DNA of 47,407 nt from Gemmatimonadaceae bacterium (GCA_033763905.1 JANRJP010000001.1:1-47407), one strand, 5' to 3'. Counted from the stretch's first letter, positions 30,768 to 44,614 are shown. Notes: generated by a model from the sequence alone, not told the origin. Translations and numbers: made by a program.

Positions 30768-33700
30768 TCAGCGAGAGGTGGCGGCGAGGGCTTCGCAGCG
30801 CTCAGTGCGCTTCACGGCGTCGTCCTCGAACTCTGTGCTCAAGACGCGACGTCGCACCTCGAGGGGCAGGCACACGTTGGTTGCACTCCGGAGGAGCTGG
30901 TGCAGAGTGTTTGGGGACAAGGGCCAATACCGCACACGCGGCTGCTGGTCGTCGGCGCGCACGACCGATCGAATTTCGGGGCCGGACCCCACGATCACGC
31001 TCTGCGCGCTGGCCATCGTTTCCGAGTAGGACAGCCGTGGCCGATGTTGGAGCGTCAGCTCGAGGCTCGCGGTGTCGCGAAGCGTCCACAGCCGAACCTC
31101 GCCCGATTCCCCGGTGGTCACCAGCAACGAGTCATCGCTACTAAATGCGAGATGCAGGACCAGCTGACGGAAGCCGAGTAGTTGCTGTACGTGTGGGTCC
31201 GCTGCATCCAGGGGTAGCCTGTGCAGCACCGCCGCGAGGTCCACTGGCGCAGTGGCCAGCCATCTCGCCGAGGGACTGAATGCCGCTGCCGAAACCCCGT
31301 GCTCGAACGAAAGCGCCTCCGTGCCCGCGCCATTGCTGAAGAGTCCCGCATCGTCGTCAAATCCGAGCAGCACCGCGCCGCCGGTGCGAGATGTTGCGAT
31401 CACCGGTTCCGTAAACTCCGGCTCCGGCCACTGCGCCAGCGTGTCGACCGCTCCAGTGCGGAGGTTCCCTTGCAGCAAGGCGGTGCCGGTCGCGTACACG
31501 ATCGACCGACTGTCCGACGTCACTCTCGCGCTGGAGACGTTCACACCTCGGAACACCCGCGGCGTGGCACGCCGTCCGACAACATCGTAGGCGCGTAGCT
31601 CTGAGGGCTCCACTGCCACAACGAGCATCGCGCCGTCAGGCGTGAACTGACCGGAACTGACGTACGGCAGCGATGGGTCGACCGGCTCAACGGTGCCGCC
31701 GACGCGCCACAGCTGCGCACCGACTCGGGCGGACCGGACTAATGCCAGCTCTCCACGGGTCGACACGGCAAGGATCTCCGCGGCTGCCGTGCCGTTCAGC
31801 ATCGGTGCCACGACACGGGACACCGTGGCATTCGGCGCATCCAGCGGATAGGCGGCAATCTCGCCACCCGGCGATGATGCGATCAGTTGCGTCCCAGAAG
31901 CCGACAGGACGAGCTGAGTTCCCCTCGGCCACACGACCGGCAGGCCGTGCTGCCCGTGACGCCGCCACGGGTCCCACACGCGGGCCACACCATTGGCGTC
32001 GAGCGTTGCGAGTCGTGCGCCATCCAACGAGCTCAGTGCAGGCAAGAGGGCGCCGCGATGTCCGCGTAGCACAATGTCGACCGTCTTCTCCTCGCGATGC
32101 AACAGACGAATCGTGCCGAACGGGGATGACACCATGATCCAGTCCGGATGAGGGCTGAATGTGACATGCGGTGCCTCGTCGGGCGTGTCGCGGTACCACA
32201 CGGCCTCCTTGCGGAGTCGCCGATGCAACGAGACGCGGCCCGACGCAAAGCCTGCGACCACCAGCGTGCCGTCTGCGCTAAGGGCGGCGCTACTCACCTC
32301 ACGCCCACGCCAAGACTCCGGTGCCCCTGCGCGCCTGAGGTCAGTGCTGAGCGTGTACAGATCCGGCCGGCCGGACTCGCGACTGATCAAGACCTGTCGA
32401 CCGTCCGCAGACGTACTGATGGCGGTCGCGATCGCATCGCCGCTTTCTGCTGGCCGCAGCGTCGTCAGCGGCTGTGCCGCTTCCAGATTGATCAGTGTGA
32501 CAGCCCCGGTGCTGTCCCCAAGAAACAGGAGATGGTCGAGGAAGTCGTGAAGGAACCAACCGGAAAACCGTGGCCCCGCATTGCCGATCTTGCGGAATGC
32601 TGGGCTGCTGGTGCGCGACACGTAAAGATCGCGCAGACTGTCAATCGCAATGGCCCAACCTCCACCCTTCGACATCGTGAAGTGAGTGAGTGGCGCCTTC
32701 GTTGGAAGGACAACTGCCTTCGGGCGCGTGATGCCAGTCCGGCGTAGTACTCGCGTAGAATCGCCCGTGATCGTCCAGAGGTTGCCCGCGCTGTCGAATG
32801 CGGCCGCCCGATTTCCTTCGCGACTGACCTCGACACCGGGACCACCCGTTCCATCGGCCGCGCGCACGACGACCGAACCGTCTGCCCGAAGCAACGCCAC
32901 TCGCTGGCCGTCGCGAGAGAGGAAGAGTGTCACGATGCCGTGGAACTCGGCGAGCGCCGTCGGTTGCTCCAGCGCTCTCAGGACTTGCTCCTTCCTCGCG
33001 CCGTCCCAGGCCGCCCCGCTGTCGAACTCGGTGGCCAGCGCCACAGCGTAGGTTGGGTCATCTTCAATCAACCGGTCAATGGCCGATGTGAACCCCAGCG
33101 CCTCGGCGTTCCGGAGCGCCCGCTCTGCGCGAAGCCCACTCCACATCACAACGGACGCCGCGAGTGCCACCACTGCTGCGACACCGCCGAGCAGATTCCG
33201 CCGTCGGCGTCGTTCCCGTTCGTTGGCGTGATGGCTTTCGGCAATGAACGCGGTGACCTCGGCAAACGTTGCCGCCGCGTCCGGGTACCGCGCAGCCCAC
33301 TCGGCCGACGTGGAGTGGCCCGCCAGCATCTCGCGCGCGACCCGCGTCGCCTGCGCACTCAGCAGCGGCAGCGACCGATCGGCGCGCCACGCCGCCACCT
33401 CGCGAGCAATGCCCAGATACCAATCGCGCAGCGCTTGCTCGTCATCTACCCACCGGCGCAGGCGATCCCACTGACGGATCAAACTCTCGTGCGCAATCGA
33501 ATACCGCGGATCGTCGGGCTGTCCGTCGGGGGACGCAAACACGAAGTTGGTCCCCTCGGCGGCACACCGGGCAAGCAGCGCATCCACGACCGCCGCGTCC
33601 GCGTTGGCGATCGCGAGCAATTCGCTGCGCCGCGCCGGTCGACGCACGCGTCGCTTCTGCGGGTCGGTATCGGTGAGCCGCTTGAACACCCGCTCCGCGA

Positions 33701-34679
33701 CCGCCACCGGCGTGCCGCTGATGACCTCTTCGCCTTCCTGATCAAGGGCGTGATCGAGGCCGCCGATGCGTTCGAGGTGCCGCGTGTCGAGCGGGCCGAT
33801 GCGCCCCTCGTCGTCCCAGGCGTCCCACGCCCGGTGCAGCGCGTGCTGCAACAGTGGCAACCGGTCGCCGCGATCACCGACGTCGTTCACCAGGCGATCG
33901 ACCAGCCGCGGCTCGACCCGGGCGCCGAGGAGTTGGGCGGGTCCTTCGATTGCCTCGCGGAGCTGCGACCGCGTGAGGCGCGGGACCAGATACCCGGACC
34001 GATTGATGGCTTCCGGCAGCCCGGGAAACACATCGGTATCGCCGAGGAAGTCCGTGCGCATCGTGAGCACGATGTACACGGGCACGCGCGACTGCGCCGA
34101 GAGGTCGAGCAGGAGGGAGACGACGCTCGCCGCTTCGCTGCGGCGCCGGATGCGCTCGGCGACCCGGGTGGAGTCTCGCGTGGCCGCCTCGTCGCCCGCC
34201 TCGCCGCTCGCGCCGCTGCGGAAGGCGAACAGCTCCTCGAACTGGTCCATCAGCACGAGAACGTTTTCGTCCGCTTGTACGACCGGTTGCAACAGCTTCA
34301 GGGCCGCGTCGAGATGCCCTTCGCGCAACGCGTCGGCACACGCGTGGATGGCGTCGTTCGTCCGCTCCTTTCCTGCGGCTCGCAACAGCGCATCGGCCAA
34401 ATTCTCGAGCGGGGCATCGCCTGGACGGCACTTCGCCATCCGCCATTTCGTCCGCGCGCCCACAAGAAAGCCGGCCTGTAGCGTGGGAATGAGACCCGAG
34501 CGCACCAGCGACGACTTGCCACTGCCTGAGCTGCCGAGCACCGTAAGGAATCGCGACTTGCCGAGACCGGCCAGCAGTTCCTTGGTCTGCTCGCGCCGAC
34601 CGAAGAAGAAGATCGAATCTTCGTCGAAGAACGGTCGGATGCCGACGTACGGGTTCTGGCGGAACGGGTGACCGGTCAC
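30768..34679 (-). CDS. nSTAND1-type STAND NTPase, single TM, WD40 beta-propeller receptor
   Basis: NPYVGIRPF..FFGR, Walker A GSSGSGKSS, Walker B VLMDQFEELF, LPLLQHAL, HESLIRQWDRL; TM after RRRRR; degenerate WD repeats (LRGH...ARVWD). GTG overlaps the CHAT stop (GTGA). Confidence 0.88.
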   Translation of the reverse strand: MTGHPFRQNPYVGIRPFFDEDSIFFFGRREQTKELLAGLGKSRFLTVLGSSGSGKSSLVRSGLIPTLQAGFLVGARTKWRMAKCRPGDAPLENLADALLRAAGKERTNDAIHACADALREGHLDAALKLLQPVVQADENVLVLMDQFEELFAFRSGASGEAGDEAATRDSTRVAERIRRRSEAASVVSLLLDLSAQSRVPVYIVLTMRTDFLGDTDVFPGLPEAINRSGYLVPRLTRSQLREAIEGPAQLLGARVEPRLVDRLVNDVGDRGDRLPLLQHALHRAWDAWDDEGRIGPLDTRHLERIGGLDHALDQEGEEVISGTPVAVAERVFKRLTDTDPQKRRVRRPARRSELLAIANADAAVVDALLARCAAEGTNFVFASPDGQPDDPRYSIAHESLIRQWDRLRRWVDDEQALRDWYLGIAREVAAWRADRSLPLLSAQATRVAREMLAGHSTSAEWAARYPDAAATFAEVTAFIAESHHANERERRRRRNLLGGVAAVVALAASVVMWSGLRAERALRNAEALGFTSAIDRLIEDDPTYAVALATEFDSGAAWDGARKEQVLRALEQPTALAEFHGIVTLFLSRDGQRVALLRADGSVVVRAADGTGGPGVEVSREGNRAAAFDSAGNLWTITGDSTRVLRRTGITRPKAVVLPTKAPLTHFTMSKGGGWAIAIDSLRDLYVSRTSSPAFRKIGNAGPRFSGWFLHDFLDHLLFLGDSTGAVTLINLEAAQPLTTLRPAESGDAIATAISTSADGRQVLISRESGRPDLYTLSTDLRRAGAPESWRGREVSSAALSADGTLVVAGFASGRVSLHRRLRKEAVWYRDTPDEAPHVTFSPHPDWIMVSSPFGTIRLLHREEKTVDIVLRGHRGALLPALSSLDGARLATLDANGVARVWDPWRRHGQHGLPVVWPRGTQLVLSASGTQLIASSPGGEIAAYPLDAPNATVSRVVAPMLNGTAAAEILAVSTRGELALVRSARVGAQLWRVGGTVEPVDPSLPYVSSGQFTPDGAMLVVAVEPSELRAYDVVGRRATPRVFRGVNVSSARVTSDSRSIVYATGTALLQGNLRTGAVDTLAQWPEPEFTEPVIATSRTGGAVLLGFDDDAGLFSNGAGTEALSFEHGVSAAAFSPSARWLATAPVDLAAVLHRLPLDAADPHVQQLLGFRQLVLHLAFSSDDSLLVTTGESGEVRLWTLRDTASLELTLQHRPRLSYSETMASAQSVIVGSGPEIRSVVRADDQQPRVRYWPLSPNTLHQLLRSATNVCLPLEVRRRVLSTEFEDDAVKRTERCEALAATSR

Positions 34680-36751
34680 GCGAGTCTCCCGGCCGCCTTG
34701 GTGAGGAAAGCGTCCAGTTCGGCATTGCCAATCGTGTCGCCATCGCCGATGACAGGCACAGGAATTGGCAACACTGGTTCGGCCGCCCCACCCGGCAGCC
34801 GAAGCAGGCCCACCATCGCTGGCGGTGTGCCCGCCATCGCCGCCTTGAACGCGGCCTGTACGCGCGATGCGATCCACTCGGGCTCACCGCGGCCGCTGAC
34901 GATAAGGACCGCGGCGACCTTCCGCAACGCGGCTTCGTAGGCGTCCAGTGACTCGCCGTCGCTCGTCGCGGCGTCCACGACCGTGATCTCGCGTGCTGCC
35001 AACAGGTCGCGCAGAAACCCGCGGGAGGGTTCATCCTTCGGATGCAGGTCGAGCACGATCTGCTTCTTGCGCGAGCCGGCCCCAGGGCGCTGTAACTCCG
35101 CGCGCTTGCGCAGCACCTCCGCCACCATTTGCTGCTGGTCGGTGGTGACGAACTCCAACCGGGCGGCGTCGCGGGGGCGCGCTTCGATCTCTAGCAGGAA
35201 GTTCCGATACGACTCGTCGGTGACCTCTTTCGCGGTAAGCCCCTGCGGAAAGAACACCAATTGCGCGCGCGCGGCGGCGTGGCCGATCCGGAACTGTTCC
35301 ATCGGGTAGGTCCGCTGGTCGGGGTCGCCGGCGACGACTTCACCCGGCTGCTCGCCGAACACGTGGACGAACAAATCTGCGGAGTCGGCCATCGCGCGGA
35401 CCTCCGCCAGGTGCTCATTCAGCGGCGACGGATCGGCCTGCAGAATCGTGCAGCCCGCCTCCTGTAGCGCACCCGCGGCCTGCCGCACCCACTTGCGCAT
35501 CGGCCCGCTGGTTTCGGCGAGAAACACGGTGAACGAGGCGCCGCGCTCCGCGGTCGGCGCCGCGACGTTGACGACCGGCGTCGCGCTCGGACGCGCGGCG
35601 CGATCGAACAGCACGCCATCGTTCGACCGCATAAACAGCACTGGCGTCGCCCACTCGGCGTGCTTGGGCGACAGGACATATCGGCGCGCCTCACCCACGG
35701 CCCCATCCACAGGGAGCCCCGCAATGATGCTCTGATAGAAGCTGCGCGAGAACACGATCGCCGTCTGGTCCGTGACGGGAAACTGCATCGCGAGCACGGC
35801 GGTCACGCCAGACCGCACGAGCGCCGTTGCCACGCCGGCGAAGGGATCGGTGCCGCGCACTGCGCCGGTCTGCGCCGTCCGGCACGCGTTCAGGAACACC
35901 AGGCGCAACGCGCGTTCTTCCGAGAGCAGTCGCCCGAACGCTTCGCCGTCGATCCGGTCGACCTCGCCCCCTGCCGTCTCGAAGAGCAGGACGCCTCGAC
36001 CATCGCGGAAATCTCCGTGGCCGATGAAGTGGATGATGTGCGGGTCTTCCTTGATCAGGACCTGCCGCACCGTCTCGAAGACCCCTCCCGGCCAGAGGAC
36101 TTCGAGGCCCGGAAAGCCGGCCCACTCGCGCTCAAGCTTTGCGCGTTCTTCCTGTACGTTCAGCGCGAGCTCGCCCTTGGGCGAGGCGATGATGACCATC
36201 ACCTTCAGCGTCTGCTTGACCGGCGTTGGCGATGCGGGCTTGAGTACGTCCAGCGCGCGCACCAACGGCCGGGAGCGCGACGCGGCGAGGGGATCGTCCG
36301 ACTCGGACGGCGCGATCAGTTCCCACGGCAGACTGAGGACGTGGGCCATATCGTCGGTCGTCGTTTCAAACGTCAGACGGATACGGAGCCCCGCGTTCTC
36401 GATCGCGCTGATGCTGCCAATGGTCTTGTGCAGCAGTTCCGCGACGCCATCGCGGAAGAGGGCCTTGTAGAGGGTTACGCCGAACGCGCGCGGACTGATG
36501 GTTGGCGTCGCCACGTCCCGTTCGCGCCGCGGTTCGCGCGTCAGCGACGGCAGATCGCCGAGCTTGGGCAGCACGGCCGTTGACAGTTCCCGCAACTTGG
36601 CTGGCAATTCCGCCGCGGCGTACGGAAGCTCGAACACGCCCGTGACCGATCCCTGCGGCGACTCGGCGCGCACCCGGTAACTGCCCGCGGTCCCAGGCGC
36701 GATGAGAATCTTGAGCTCGGTGTACTCGATGAGTTCCGTGGGTCCGGTCAT
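34676..36751 (-). CDS. CHAT (caspase-fold) protease with two C-terminal TIR/DUF4062-like alpha/beta domains
   Basis: LPWE, HFIGHG (H245), FLNAC (C290), AMQFPV.D, EWATPVLF; then VFLAET...DLFVHVFG and IVLDLH..D...VLIVSG...W. Confidence 0.87.
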   Translation of the reverse strand: MTGPTELIEYTELKILIAPGTAGSYRVRAESPQGSVTGVFELPYAAAELPAKLRELSTAVLPKLGDLPSLTREPRRERDVATPTISPRAFGVTLYKALFRDGVAELLHKTIGSISAIENAGLRIRLTFETTTDDMAHVLSLPWELIAPSESDDPLAASRSRPLVRALDVLKPASPTPVKQTLKVMVIIASPKGELALNVQEERAKLEREWAGFPGLEVLWPGGVFETVRQVLIKEDPHIIHFIGHGDFRDGRGVLLFETAGGEVDRIDGEAFGRLLSEERALRLVFLNACRTAQTGAVRGTDPFAGVATALVRSGVTAVLAMQFPVTDQTAIVFSRSFYQSIIAGLPVDGAVGEARRYVLSPKHAEWATPVLFMRSNDGVLFDRAARPSATPVVNVAAPTAERGASFTVFLAETSGPMRKWVRQAAGALQEAGCTILQADPSPLNEHLAEVRAMADSADLFVHVFGEQPGEVVAGDPDQRTYPMEQFRIGHAAARAQLVFFPQGLTAKEVTDESYRNFLLEIEARPRDAARLEFVTTDQQQMVAEVLRKRAELQRPGAGSRKKQIVLDLHPKDEPSRGFLRDLLAAREITVVDAATSDGESLDAYEAALRKVAAVLIVSGRGEPEWIASRVQAAFKAAMAGTPPAMVGLLRLPGGAAEPVLPIPVPVIGDGDTIGNAELDAFLTKAAGRLA

Positions 36752-38778
36752 CCGCCAGTCGCAGCGCGAGTGAGCAGGAAGGGCAACTCGATCGTGGCCC
36801 AGTCGTCGCCGACGCCGAGCGCCGCATCGGACTCCCTCCGCGACTCCCGCGTCGTCGGCACGGCGCGCTCGAAGAGTCGCTGAATGGCCGACACCGACTG
36901 CGAATCGCGGACGCCGACTTGCTCCAGGAACTCGAAGTTCGCCGGCGAGGTGGTCAGGAAGACCTTGAGCGTCTCGATGCCGTCGTGCAGCACCGGCAGA
37001 TCGCCATCTGGCGCAAAGGGGTACACGTCCGGCACCTCGTACGAGACACGCTGGCCGGGAATCGTCATCGCATTGAACGTGATGCCCGGCTTGAGCGCCT
37101 CTTGTGCAGGCCCCGGGTACACCGGAGTGATCGTCCCGAGCAATCCGAAGCTCACCACACTCAGGTAGAGCGGTCGGCTCGTCGGGTTAGTGATGCGGAT
37201 CCCGACACGCGACCCGTGGGTGACGACTGGTAGGCCGCCAGGACCAGGCGGCGCGACGTCCCAGCTCCCGTCGGGACGCTCGAGCAGCAACTGCGCATTG
37301 AATGCCGCTCGGCGGAGCGGACTGAGTTCGTTCTCGTTGCGCAGGGCGAGCGCCAACGCGTACCGCGCACGCGTCTCGAGATTGGCGACCGTGCTCGCGA
37401 CGTCGTCGAGCGGCTTGAGCGGTGCCATCGGCAGACCATCACCACCCACGATCGCCCACGACGGGCCTGTCCGTGACCCACCCGCGGGCCACGCGCGCAC
37501 GATCAAGGTGTCGGCGGTGGCGTTCTCGACGAGATCCAGCACTGGCGACGCACCAATGGCTGTCCGGAGTGCGTCCAGTGCCGACGGCGGGACTTCGCCC
37601 TCGGTGACGGAGATCCGCACCGGGCGGCGCGTGCTGTCGAGCGGTCGGCCCGTCACCACGACGCGGGCATCCGCCTCCAGCGGTTTCGTCGGCGGCGACG
37701 ATGTGATGCGCGCGCTCGCGGTGACCGCAGTCACCGCGTCGATCCGCGCCGTGGCCAACGGCGCCGACTCTGCGGTCACGAGCGTGCCCGCCGGATAGAC
37801 CGCGAGCGTCGTGCCAACCTGGAGGCCCTGCGCCGCGCCGCCTGCCAGCGTGAATGCCGAACCATCGTCCGTGACGCTGGCGATGCGCAGGTAGCGCATC
37901 GGCGGCAGCTCCCGCAACCCAAACAGCACGCGATCGATCTTGCCTTCGATCTGCGGATGCTGACGCGTCCCGCGAACCGACACCACGGCCGCCGCGACGC
38001 GCTCGTACACCGAGCGATACGTGTCCGTGGGACCGACCTGACGAAGCACCGCCGCGAGATAGAACGTCATCGCGCCGTGCCGCTTGTCGGTCTTGTCGGG
38101 CATCGTGAAGGTGAACTCACCGGCCTTCTGCTCGTCACGGCACGCGCTGAGCAGCGTGTAGTGATCCTTCGGAGGCAACCACCCGCCGGCGACCGGGGCG
38201 CCAGTGGCCGTGCGCCCGGTGAGCCGCGGCCACTGCGCCTCAGGGATGCGCGACGCCATCGTGGGCTTCGTGGTGGACGGCGGGACGCCACGGGTCTGAA
38301 AACCGTCGGCGATATCGTCGACATCGCGAGTGATCGTGCCCGAGTGGCACGCATCCACGATCACGGTGATCGCCGAGGTCTTCTCACCCAGATCCTGCAG
38401 CCACAGCGCGATCTCGTCGTCGGTGATGTCGCCGTGGAACTCCGTCCCGTCGTGCGTCGCATCGACGGCCAACAAGGTGCTGTCAAAGCCGCTGGGTTCG
38501 TCCCCCTCCTGATCTGGCCGCTGCGACCCGTGTCCAGCGAAGAAGAACACCACCACGTCATCGCGATCCGTGCGCTTGAGCAGCGCGTCCATCGCGGCGA
38601 GGATGCCCGCTCGAGTGCCTTCGGCGTCCCGGAGCAGCGTGATGTCCGTAAAGCCGAACTGCTCGCCGAGAATGCTCGCGAGGAGTTCGGCGTCGTTCAC
38701 ACAGCCGGTGAGCGGCCGGATCGGTTCGAGATACTTGCCGATGCCGATCAGCAGCGCGCGCTTGGTGGGTTCAGGCAT
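36748..38778 (-). CDS. Caspase-family (peptidase C14, metacaspase-like) protease with long C-terminal extension (DUF4384-like domain suspected)
   Basis: ALLIGI..Y, LTGCVNDA, FFFAGHG (H83), VDACHSG (C144), LLSAC..Q.A.E, HGAMTFYL, QHPQIEG; ATGA overlap with the CHAT gene. Confidence 0.92.
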   Translation of the reverse strand: MPEPTKRALLIGIGKYLEPIRPLTGCVNDAELLASILGEQFGFTDITLLRDAEGTRAGILAAMDALLKRTDRDDVVVFFFAGHGSQRPDQEGDEPSGFDSTLLAVDATHDGTEFHGDITDDEIALWLQDLGEKTSAITVIVDACHSGTITRDVDDIADGFQTRGVPPSTTKPTMASRIPEAQWPRLTGRTATGAPVAGGWLPPKDHYTLLSACRDEQKAGEFTFTMPDKTDKRHGAMTFYLAAVLRQVGPTDTYRSVYERVAAAVVSVRGTRQHPQIEGKIDRVLFGLRELPPMRYLRIASVTDDGSAFTLAGGAAQGLQVGTTLAVYPAGTLVTAESAPLATARIDAVTAVTASARITSSPPTKPLEADARVVVTGRPLDSTRRPVRISVTEGEVPPSALDALRTAIGASPVLDLVENATADTLIVRAWPAGGSRTGPSWAIVGGDGLPMAPLKPLDDVASTVANLETRARYALALALRNENELSPLRRAAFNAQLLLERPDGSWDVAPPGPGGLPVVTHGSRVGIRITNPTSRPLYLSVVSFGLLGTITPVYPGPAQEALKPGITFNAMTIPGQRVSYEVPDVYPFAPDGDLPVLHDGIETLKVFLTTSPANFEFLEQVGVRDSQSVSAIQRLFERAVPTTRESRRESDAALGVGDDWATIELPFLLTRAATGG

Positions 38779-38805
38779 AACGTGTGAGTGCGCGGCGGCG
38801 CGATG

Positions 38806-39180
38806 TCAGGTGTCTTCTCTCGCGACGGGCTTGGGCAGCGGGTCGCGCTCGTCTTCCGCCTTGGGCTTGGGCAGCGGGTCGCGCTCGTCTTCCGCCTTGG
38901 GCTTGGGCAGCGGATCGCGCTCTTCCTCGGCCTTGGGCTTGGGCAGCGGATCGCGCTCGTCTTCCGCCTTAGGCTTGGGCAGCGGATCGCGCTCTTCTTC
39001 GGCCTTCGGCTTGGGCAGTGGATCGCGCTCTTCTTCGGCCTTGGGCTTGGGCAGCGGATCGCGCTCTTCTTCGGCCTTGGGCTTGGGCAGCGGATCGCGC
39101 TCTTCTTCGGCCTTCGGCTTGGGCAGTGGATCGCGCTCTTCTTCGGCCTTCGGCTTGGGCAACGGGTCGCGATGCATCAT
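38806..39180 (-). CDS. 124-aa tandem-repeat polypeptide, MMH-(RDPLPKPKAE[ED]E)x9-RDPLPKPVAREDT
   Basis: GAGGT Shine-Dalgarno 5 nt upstream; co-oriented between kinase and caspase; repeat differences are silent in this frame except one E/D site. Confidence 0.85.
   Translation of the reverse strand: MMHRDPLPKPKAEEERDPLPKPKAEEERDPLPKPKAEEERDPLPKPKAEEERDPLPKPKAEEERDPLPKPKAEDERDPLPKPKAEEERDPLPKPKAEDERDPLPKPKAEDERDPLPKPVAREDT
38827..39171 (-). repeat. 36-bp tandem repeat, 9 full units plus one partial
   Basis: Consensus CGC GAY CCR YTG CCC AAG CCB AAG GCS GAR GAM GAG on the minus strand; no spacers. Confidence 0.97.
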
Positions 39181-39236
39181 TTGGTACCTCGATACGCATT
39201 GGTGGGACAGCGCCGGCGATGCCGGCTGAACGACAG

Positions 39237-42077
<2,841 letters not shown>

Positions 42078-42158
42078 TGTCTCGCGGACCGGGGAGCGGG
42101 ACGGCTCGGCTGTGTGCAATAATGCCAAGCCGCCCCACCGGCGGCAAGCGACGCGCGC

Positions 42159-43967
<1,809 letters not shown>

Positions 43968-43990
43968 ACGGAAGGACTCCACGGAAAGGG

Positions 43991-44614
43991 TCATCGGTCG
44001 AGCAGCATCTGCCGCATCAGGCCGATCTCGGCCGTCTGCGTGGTTTCGACATCGTTGGCGAACACGCTGATGTCTACTTCCTGCGCCGCCCGTGGCGTCG
44101 CGATCAGGTCCGCGACCATCAGCAGGGCGCCCTGATGATGCCGGATCATCAGTTCGAGGAAGCGGCGGTCGAACTCCGGGCCGCGTGATGCATCGAGGGC
44201 CGCGAGCTCGGCGCTCGTGAGCATTCCGGGCATCGTCATCCCGCGCCACGAGGAGGTGTCGGGGACGAACTGGCCGTACTCGCGCAGCCAGTCCTGCATC
44301 AGGCGAATCTCGCCGGCCTGCGCAAGGTCGATCTTGTTCGCCAGCTTGAGCAGGCGGGGACTGGCACCGCGCGCGGCGGCCATTCGCGACATCACGACGG
44401 CCTGCGCGTGATGCGCGATCATCCCCTGCATAAAGCGCACGTCGGCTTCGGTCACGATGGAGCCGGCGGGCAGGGTGACGGGCGGCAGGCCGGCGCCGTG
44501 GTCGTGATGTTGGTGAGCGCTTTGCGCGGACAACGTGGCCGCGCGGAGGGTCGCGCTCAGCAATAGGGTCGCGAGCAGGGCCGAGCGACGAACGGCGTGG
44601 AGACGTGGCGACAC
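43991..44614 (-). CDS. DUF305 (ferritin-like) exported protein
   Basis: DVRFMQGMIAHHAQAVVMS, Q..EI..M..WL, MPGM, FLELMIRHHQGA; HQHHDH after the signal peptide. Confidence 0.88.
   Translation of the reverse strand: MSPRLHAVRRSALLATLLLSATLRAATLSAQSAHQHHDHGAGLPPVTLPAGSIVTEADVRFMQGMIAHHAQAVVMSRMAAARGASPRLLKLANKIDLAQAGEIRLMQDWLREYGQFVPDTSSWRGMTMPGMLTSAELAALDASRGPEFDRRFLELMIRHHQGALLMVADLIATPRAAQEVDISVFANDVETTQTAEIGLMRQMLLDR

Noticed and set aside
38827..39171. 36-bp repeats as a CRISPR array
   Set aside because: Units are head-to-tail with no spacers, vary at silent codon positions, and no cas genes are present.
38806..39180. Repeat polypeptide as a classical RiPP precursor (e.g. graspetide) or amyloid signalling motif
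   Set aside because: No leader peptide and no ATP-grasp, YcaO, radical SAM or lanthipeptide enzyme in the window. The Pro- and charge-rich sequence is unsuited to cross-beta amyloid.
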